From positions 2,165,128-2,229,127 of the forward strand of contig NW_002060952.1 in the NCBI RefSeq assembly GCF_000150275.1: a DNA stretch of 64,000 nt, in the 5' to 3' direction. Within the stretch, counting starts at the first letter, position 1, and each line of letters opens with the position of its first letter. The position numbers and the translations under genes are program-made. The notes under the pieces are model-generated. The model saw nothing but the letters and a program-made list of their open reading frames with translations. It searched no databases and was not told the DNA's origin. The stretch is from Trichoplax adhaerens (taxonomy: Eukaryota; Animalia; Placozoa). Positions 55,123 through 64,000 of the stretch are shown here, one piece after another.

Positions 55123-55750
55123 TTAAGGCGTTGGAGCCAAAAATAAAGCAGCACATACCGACATACAGTATCCTTGGCCAGAATTACAAGCCAAAAGCGT
55201 CCCTGGAGTACCCACACCAGCGGTTACAGTACCTGCAACAAGTAAAATCGGATATTAGAGCAAAAGTATTCATTTTATGTGAACGTTATAATGGCTTTAG
55301 ACTGAAATTTTAAATTTTAATCCACAAATGGCCTTGGCTATTAAAAATATAACGTACTTTAATTTAAATATTCCTAAATGTCGTTCAAAAACAATGACTT
55401 ATGAAAACGCTTGACGTTATCCCAGCGGGTAAAATATCTCGACTATATTATTATTACGGTATCTACGCCAAGCTTGCAAGATATTGATATTTTCCACTCC
55501 AATAAAATGTAATTTTTGATGCCTTTTCTATCCGATAGGTATCATTCCATTCTACGAGTATGCTATCGATGCATTGCAAAATAAATAGCAATCAACCTGC
55601 AACGGATCCAAAAAATGCATAGCATGTCACCCAGCCACCATTGCAAGCGGTTTGGCAAAGCCCATATGTCAGTAAACCCGCTTCTGAAATGGAAATTTGC
55701 ATCTGCAATATAAGGATAAGGACAATTATAGTTTGAGCTCGAAATTTCAT
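55123..55750 (-). CDS. Small secreted six-cysteine peptide, 87 aa, two exons (55597-55750 and 55123-55232); absent from the ORF track
   Basis: The joined translation is MKFRAQTIIVLILILQMQISISEA|GLLTYGLCQTACNGGWVTCYAFFGSVAGTVTAGVGTPGTLLACNSGQGYCMSVCAALFLAPTP*. It has a phase-1 GT-AG intron, a signal peptide ending S-E-A, a mirrored CX3CX6C...CX6CX3C pattern and a C-terminal LAPTP. Confidence 0.88.
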
Positions 55751-57256
55751 TTTCTTTCTTTGCTACGAGAGGATTTCCAGATGATAATGTAGAAATGGTT
55801 ATGAAAGTGTTGTTATGCTTGAAACTTCAGTGCACCCCAAGGAGAGATGAAGGAAATTTTTTTCTGTCCTCTCTTTTTCCTAGACACTCAACAGCGAAAC
55901 TATTTTCCAAATCGCATCGTCAGCAGTTTTATTGTACTGTACTGTACTACTCTAACTGTACACAAAGTGTAGTACGGTACAGTAAAGCTGCTGACTGCGT
56001 TTTGGAAAAGAGCTTCTATAGCTTGGCTGTTTAAAACTGTAAATAACACTTTAACAACCAATAAACTGTAGCTTAAATACCGCAAGCTCAGACTCCACCC
56101 ATTTTCCACGTTAGCAAACTTAACTGGTCCTTGCTTTTGAACGTTTTTCAATCACGAACTACGCTAAAATGAAGCAGAATTTTGAAAAATCTGTCTTCAT
56201 TTCCATCTTCCATACAATGGAAGTAAGTCTCTTACCGTAGTCCGCTTTGCACTCCGCCAGTTCAAACGACTTTATACTGCTAAAAAATGACGAAAGTAGG
56301 AAAAAAAAAATGCACCCTTTCCAATGTTTACGCATTACTACGAAAGTATTTTTCCTTTTGTCTAAGTGTAGAATGATGTTGTCAATAAACAATGAGATTC
56401 TCAATTTTTTCTTGATATTGTTCCGCATCATAGTCAATTAAACTGGCAATACGGTAATTTAAATTTTCGATTATATTCTGCTAGCGTATTGTTGATTGTT
56501 ATATTACTTCCGGTAGTTAACAGCATCTAATTCTGCTAGAGGGTAGAGAGAGAAATGGGACAAATTCAATTTTCTCGTCTTGATGAAAACAAGACTTTTT
56601 CAAGCACAGTCTTATTTTGTCTGGTACTCGAGATTCGTTGCATAAACTTCTAAAAAATGGACTATAAAATGAAAAAGGTTAAAAAAAAAAATGAATTATT
56701 CAAGCTATCAATTGTGTCTGGTATTTGGGATTCATTAAAGGTCCAATAAACCAATGCATAAGAGGCGATAATTAAAATAGTGAAAAAATCGTTCTATTCG
56801 TCTCATCAGCATTATCTGGCGTTTTATCCTCATTCATAAATACAGACAGTAGTGATCATGAAGTAAGCTGTAATTAATCAAGTATTAAAGTTATCAAAGG
56901 TGGCCTATTAAGGCTTGACGGTGTAAAATCTAAATTGACAGACCTGTTAAAGGTCAAGATCTAATAAGAGCTACGTGAGTACAAATTATTCCAAATTATC
57001 GTCGCGAAATCGTATAAAAATTGCAGTTAATGGAGTAAGATTGAATAGTGTAATGTGTAAATTAATTAATTTATCATGGTTATTTATTAATAAATAATAA
57101 ATGAGCTATAATCGTTTAGAAATATTGTAGGAACTTGTTATCTTCCTTTCTAGTTCATCTGTTAAGACTTCACGTTCTAAATTCTCGATGGATTGATCAC
57201 AGATAAAAGGGATACTCCATACGCGGATAATATTTACCAATTGCTGACTTTTTCAT

Positions 57257-57670
57257 CAAGATTATCTGTGACTAATACTGGCGCATTTTGCATAGTGGCC
57301 ATGATGGCTTGTTTTCGCTGAAATCCTTTGCAAGTGAAAGGCTGAATGATAACAGATTTATTTTATCATAGTGAAACTACCAAGAATTACTGACTAAACT
57401 ACAGTATATTTATTCATTAAATGCCAATAAACAAGCTGTAATCAAAATTATCATTTCTCACATATCGCCAAGACTATCTGTGTCTAATGCTCACAAGTCT
57501 TGCATAGTGGCCACGATGTTTTGTTTTTGCTGAAATTTTTTGCAAAAACAGAAAAACTGAATGATAACACATCTTTTTATCGTAGTTAACGTAACAAGAA
57601 TCGCTGACTAACCAATACCATAATTATCCCTTTAAAAGCCAAGAAACGAGCTGTAATTACAATAAACACT
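57257..57670. repeat. Diverged tandem duplication, ~212 bp x2
   Basis: 'caaga.tatctgtg.ctaat.ct...ttgcatagtggcca.gatg' starts at 57257 and again at 57469. Confidence 0.8.
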
Positions 57671-60226
57671 TATTCAATACAATTTCATGTAAAAGAAAGC
57701 ATTTAAATTAATAGCCGTACTGGCTCCATTAGCAATTATTTTTATTCGAGCTGTAGAGATCTAGCCTACAATGTAGTCTGAGATTGCAAGATATGATATA
57801 AAGTACCGTACGATATACGTAAAGTCTTACATTACATTGCATTACATCTCAATGCTAATCGACAAGGAAGAGGTTCGCAAAATAACATACTAAACACATC
57901 ACATTCTTGTTTCTGAGCTGCGACTAAAGCAATAAGGAAATGTTACCAGTTATAGTTGCGAAGAACCTATCACATATCTTATCAAAAAAATGCTCTAAAT
58001 GTCGTAACATCAACAATTTTATGAGTATAACCTAGAAAAAAATCCTACACATACCATCATACATGCTGCGCTTAACTAATTATCATATATCACCAAGTTT
58101 TTATACTAAAGAGTATGACGACGGGTAAAGGAACTTTAGTTGATAAAAATGAACAGTATTAAAAAGATTAAAAAGATACAAGATTTTCGAAGTTTGACTA
58201 ATGCTTTAGCAATAGCTCTTTTATATTGGTTCCTAATTTAATATAGATTGATAGAACAATATTAAAAAGATCTCTATACTATTAAAGAAAACTTCCGATT
58301 TCTGTATGTTTATCCGTAAACTCCAAAAGCTGAGAGTGAATAGTTGTGTTTGCAGAGGAAACTGTCAGGTACATATACAACATACGGTCTATATGGAGAG
58401 AAAATATATTATTGTAGGCGTTAGTTTCAGCGAGGGCTTATAGAATCGAGCATCCATAACTATTGTAATAATAATACAATTCATTTTAAAAGATATTGAT
58501 ATTTTTATGATGCTACACATTGAAGGAAAATACCGTGATGAGAATCATTTAATTAAGCTCCTATTATAATCTTGAATTTATTTACATCGTTTTATAGAAT
58601 ATTTTAAAGTATTTTTGCAAGCTCTTTCGAGCTAGCGTTGTGATCCTATGTAAGCTGAGATAATACTGAATGTATCAGTATCCTATATGAAAGCAAGCGA
58701 TTTGAAATCATATTAGTTAGCTGGGATATTAACAATATAATAATCACTGGTGTGATGATATGGATCTAGATCTTCATAAAAGCGATTGTTACAATAATTA
58801 GAAATTTATGGATGAAATTTCGCGTAGATTTTTTATATGTGCTACGTATTTATTCACTCTTACATAATTAGTGATTTAGTACCCATCCTACACAATACTG
58901 TATATTGTACACATGGTGGGATGATGGTAAGCCCAGCAAGTAGAGTAAGACATCTTCCGAATATGAAAGCATTCCCCGTTTTATGTTGTTCCAAAATGTT
59001 GCTCTTCAACATTTATATATATTTATTATATTTATATGTAATTAGTCTTTGATCAGAAGCTGTAGTATACCGAAGTATTGGAAATAGATTCTTAGCTATG
59101 AATAGTATAACGTTCCACGGACTGTAAATTTTAACGTATGAAGATGCTGGACTGGAGAACAGATGACTATGTACAATTGCACATGGCATGATCAGCAAGA
59201 ATCTACTAAAGCGTAGCTCAGGTAGGCTGTAAATCAGAGCAGTAGCGGTTTCGAAAAGAGATTAGAAAACTAGACTGTATTCGATTGTGACCAGGTAGTG
59301 CTAGGTCTTGATATACATGCTAAAAATTATATCCTGAAAGGCTAAAATTAATCACAGTGACCTAACGGCAAAATTCGATCAAAATTATTCCTTTATTCTC
59401 TAAATGAAAGAAACACATGTCAAGATAATTTATTAAAATATTGAATACTTCGATTTAAAAAATTAAAGAATTTCTTTTCAGATACCTTCTACAAAGTACA
59501 CGATGTGAATATCACAGTAACATACGCCATGATCAATAATAACTGTATGGTTTAGTGATACTGAGCTGTAAAAGCATCGAAGTTAACACCACTTCGAGTT
59601 CGTATGGTAAAGTTTTTATGATAATAGATATAACACCTGGTTTTTACTCCTATCATGTATAGCATTAAAATGTATAATTTTCCAATAATATCGATAATCT
59701 CGTCTAAATATTTTCAAGTAAGAAACTGAATATTTTTACTATATTACATTTACAGGAAAGGAAAAGTTACAAAACTAAATTTGACTATCAATATCATTAT
59801 GTTCATATTTCATTGCACATTAAATAAATGAGATAGTCAATTAATTGAATATCGTTACATAGAGTATCACAGTATGCTGACCCTAACAAAGAAATACATA
59901 CAGTCAAGTCAAGCAAGTCAAAGTATTTAGATAAATTAGAGTACATCCGTTCTGAACAATGGTTTAGTAATGCATCGGCGTAAAGATATTTTTCTTGCTG
60001 TGTAACATGAGCCATAAATATCCCGGATGTCTTTGTTACATGCCGTACTAAATAATTGCATTAACAGACTGATGCAGTATGATACAGAATATATTACAAG
60101 ATCAAAGTTTAAACAGTGTGATAGATCTGATTTTAATTTTATGCCCTTAAATATAATGGCATAAATCACCAATATTTAAATAATTTTTCCTTTAGTGGCT
60201 AACCCTTGAGATATCGTACAGTAGTA

Positions 60227-63168
60227 TTATTCAATAAAAATTTGAGAAATAAAATTGCTTAAGCCTAGAACCATAATCAATCCCAAAAAAGTAGTCATTG
60301 GCCAAAATAATCGATCTTCTTTCTTCATGATATAATATGTCACTACGCATGGCAGTGTAAAGCAATAGAAAAGGCTACCGAAGGCTCCAGAATATCTATC
60401 AGAATACGACATTAAGATTTAAATAAATTGCAACGTCTTGTTCAAGAAAAATATTATCAATAACGCCTAGATATTAAACAGATACATCAAACTTCTCAAA
60501 TTTATCCTACCTCATAATAGTTCCAACTTCAGGAAAGAATACAGCAAATAAAACGCATACAGCCGTTACGAAGCAATTCCAAATGAAAATATGTCTAAAA
60601 CTGAATAGTACAAAATTTTAAATTAACCGTCATATGCAACTAATCTCACATAATAAGAAAAATTTACCTCGGATAAAATGCACCAAAGATCACAAGCATA
60701 ACCTGAGCCCTCATGATGTACAGTAACAAAGGGAATATTGTAATAATTTGTAACATTAATCCGAATCGACCCAAAAAGGATAAAATGTCATCTGCAGGAA
60801 AATTATCCAGAAATATCTAAAGTAATAAAAGTTATTGCTATAATTGAATAACGAACGTGACGAGAGTAATAACATTGGGTAATCTTATATTTTTTCCTCT
60901 CTGGTCGATGATAACTGCCTACACTTCATATCATACAGTATCAGTTTTAAAAATTGAACTTACAGATTCAATACATTTATCTTTCGGTAATGGAAAGCAC
61001 AAATAAAATGTTAACCCAATTGTCACGTAAGTTATGCAGGAGCATACATAGGCAATTGTTAGATCTCTGACCTTTAACATGGAGATTGAAATCAATTTGA
61101 GATCTTTATCAGTTAGTTTTTAACATGAATGAGCAAAAACTTACATTATTCTCAGGGTGTTTCTGACAACGAAGCACTGATAACACGCCATTGTGTGTAA
61201 AAAAAGCCAATGACATCATCCCTGTTACAGATGGGAAACCAGCTTCGGCTACTAAATTATTACAGATAGCTTATCAGTAAGATTTTAAATTAGATATCGA
61301 CAGTATTCATTTATTAACTATACTAAAACCTACGCGATGTCCCAGGAACATTCCAATGAATACCCCAACCAATAGATTTCCAAATTACAAATGCAAGCAT
61401 GTATATTGATACTACTGTACCTAAAGATTTATACGAGTGTATAGATTATATTATCACATATCGATAATTTTAATACATAGCATTGGTATAGTTTCCGCTA
61501 TAAAATAGCAATAGAGATTTAATTACCTAAGGAGTTAAATTTAGTAAAAAATGTAGGAGAGCGAAAGCAAGATATGGGCAAAATGATTAAAATTGCAAAG
61601 AGAGGCACGGTGGCCGTCTTATTCCATATCCTGTGAAATAGTCGGTCCTGCTCTGACGTTGAAGCTTGATCAGTAAGTGAATAATTGCTAAGCGAGGGAC
61701 ATAGCAATCCTGTATTCAATAAGAGTATACAGTTAACGAACTCAATCTCATATCATTATGTAATTTCGCAAAGTGGTTCTTTAATTGAAGAAGTTAGAAA
61801 CTGTTAACTGAAGATAAAATAACAGCTTGCTTGGCGTCAACTAGCAGCTACTTTTAGCTATGATAGTAAAGACTTACAATTATCAGAATTACCTACCTTT
61901 ATAAGTATAAGTATAATTGTTACCACCCTGGATAGCCTTAATCACGGTTGTATTCCTTGGCTGTTGCATTTCTTTATGAAATGATTTCCATTTATAACAT
62001 CAGTAATAAGATAAAATCATTTGATTAATTTGTTTTACCAGTAGATTTTTTTATAAATAAAACGATCTCATAGATTGTAGCTACTTCCACATACCATAAA
62101 TATAAAATACGGTACTATACAAAAAATTTGATAGTAAGATCCATATCACAATTGATACACAGAACAGCGTTACAATAGAAAATAAAATACTGATGCGGGA
62201 ACCCCATTGGCCAAGGAATTCACGACACACGTCTGAAAAATCGTTTACTTTACGAGGCTCTTCTATAATATCAATACAATTTACGTTATGATGCTGTAAT
62301 ATTAAACAGGAAATTGTGATATCTACCATAAATTAAAATGCACTCAAAGCAGCATTATTAGCAATAAAGAACTTTTAATGTATCTAAGGCATACAATATA
62401 TACATATATATGTAAGTATTTATTCTTTACCACAGTGATTAACACTACGGACAATCAAGCAGCAAGTAAATAGCATAAGAGCATTCATGCCAACAATTGA
62501 AATGATACCCGCAAGGAGCCCTGACTGTATTTGAAGAAAAATAGTTAAAGAGCAGTTATAAAATGTATTCGCTTGATTGTGAGGCTTTAATCTACTCCAA
62601 CTAACGTGTCTGTTAGCGTTTTCTTAATTGCAATTAATCAAATATGCTTGCAATAATAGCCATACCTTGCTAAGTGCCCAAGGGGTACTTAATAAAGATG
62701 TTCCCATTGTGATATTCCAGATAGAGAAACTGAGTGTGTTTTAATAGTAAAATAGATACCTTCTTAATATCGCTATTTTATCATCATAGTAATCAATAAA
62801 AACCGTGTTAATCCAATCAATCACTATTAGATATAATATTAGGCGTCATCTATGCCAGTAGTTGTCTGCATTTGAAGATCAAGTAATGTCGTACTATTAT
62901 TTACGCGTATGGTACTACAAAAATCTTATCCCATGAAAGACGTTCCTTTATACACTAAACAAAACTTTTTTGAAAATTTAAGAATCACTTCTGTAACACT
63001 AGTATAATCCAAAATACTTTTAGATCAAAACTACTGATATTTGAACACACCATGATACAGGTCCTTGCTTACTTACATAGTGATAAAGCTACTTTGGGTC
63101 TTTGTCCTCTTCTGTAGATAAAATATATTTGTAGGAACAATCTGAATCTCCAGATCTTCATTGACTTC
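60227..63168 (-). CDS. SLC38A9: SLC38A9-like transporter, divergent copy 4 (5' exons unresolved, may extend beyond 63168)
   Basis: Exons: EVNEDLEIQIVPTNIFYLQKRTKTQSSFITI (63077-63168); FSIWNITMGTSLLSTPWALSK; FSDVCREFLGQWG...LLSNFLY; WNKTATVPLF...FRSPTFFTKFNSLG; GMMSLAFFTHNGV; VRDL; IFLDNFPADD; RYSGAFGSLFYCFTLP...NFISQIFIE*. Intron positions match copies 1-3. Confidence 0.92.
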
Positions 63169-64000
63169 CTACGTTGCAAAATACAAATAATTGTTGTAGC
63201 ACTGTAATATCAACATAACAATCATTAAATTATCTTATCTTTCAATAATGTAAAAAATTTTTAGTAACTTCAATTCTGGACAAGTTATATCATCACTAGC
63301 TACATATTAGGCTGCTGTTAATACGAATAACATTATGAGTTTAAGCACGGCCTATTAGTAGGGAGCCATATCACGTTGTAATTATTCAAGATTATTACAA
63401 GGCTAGAGCGGTCGATGATTTGATGGCCTGTCGAGACAATACGTCCATAAGTGACGACATTTACAATATTGATGTTTTTACGCAGCAATGTAACATAAAG
63501 AGTTATAGTGAGTGATATGACTCGACGGTGATTTATATCTACAACAGAACTGAAGAGGATTTTAGGCGTGATAGCTTATGATTGATCCACAGGATATATC
63601 ACTGTTTATACACAATTAGCAAATACTGTGGATATACGAATAAACGTTTTCATTCGATTTGTAGTCTGACATCATGAGGAGTGAAAAATTGAATTTATGG
63701 TGCACTACAGAACCTGTAATAAATATTGAGTAATATATCTATCATTTGTAAAACCAGGAACGAATATTTAAGAAAATTAAAATCTCGCTAATTATAATTT
63801 CTTTGGAGTTAAAAAAACCTAACATGCACAGTATTACTATAGTTATTCCTTTGGTTTGCTAGCATTCACGTACGCGTACAAGGATGTTCTGTCTAATGTT
63901 AACTCAGTATGTGCAAGTGATATGAATTAGGAGTCGATCGCACATGTACTCCGTAAATAATGGTAAATTAATTATCGATCATTTATCGGCTACTGCAATT

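Overview
AT-rich eukaryotic DNA with short GT-AG introns and metazoan-type genes. It most resembles a basal animal such as the placozoan Trichoplax; that is inferred from composition and gene style, not proven. Nearly all genes are on the minus strand: one multi-exon cystinosin (CTNS), a probable decayed DEAD-box helicase pseudogene, four PTTG1IP-like PSI-domain membrane proteins with intronless CDSs, and four SLC38A9-like amino-acid transporters. Three of the transporters form a ~7-8.4 kb tandem triplication and the fourth is more divergent. The window also holds MRPL55 (+ strand) and a two-exon 87-aa secreted six-cysteine peptide that the ORF track misses. Main points of interest: (i) 9 of the ~11 genes encode lysosomal or late-endosomal membrane protein families; (ii) the triplicated SLC38A9 paralogs have short N-termini without the recognisable Rag/Ragulator-binding motifs and have altered TM1/TM6 residues; (iii) the secreted Cys-ladder peptide belongs to a family I recognise from fungi and algae; (iv) paralog alignments show repeated TA -> TACAGTA/TACTGTA insertions, the classic Tc1/mariner excision footprint, and the same motif is densely clustered upstream of genes. 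Exon boundaries were read by eye.
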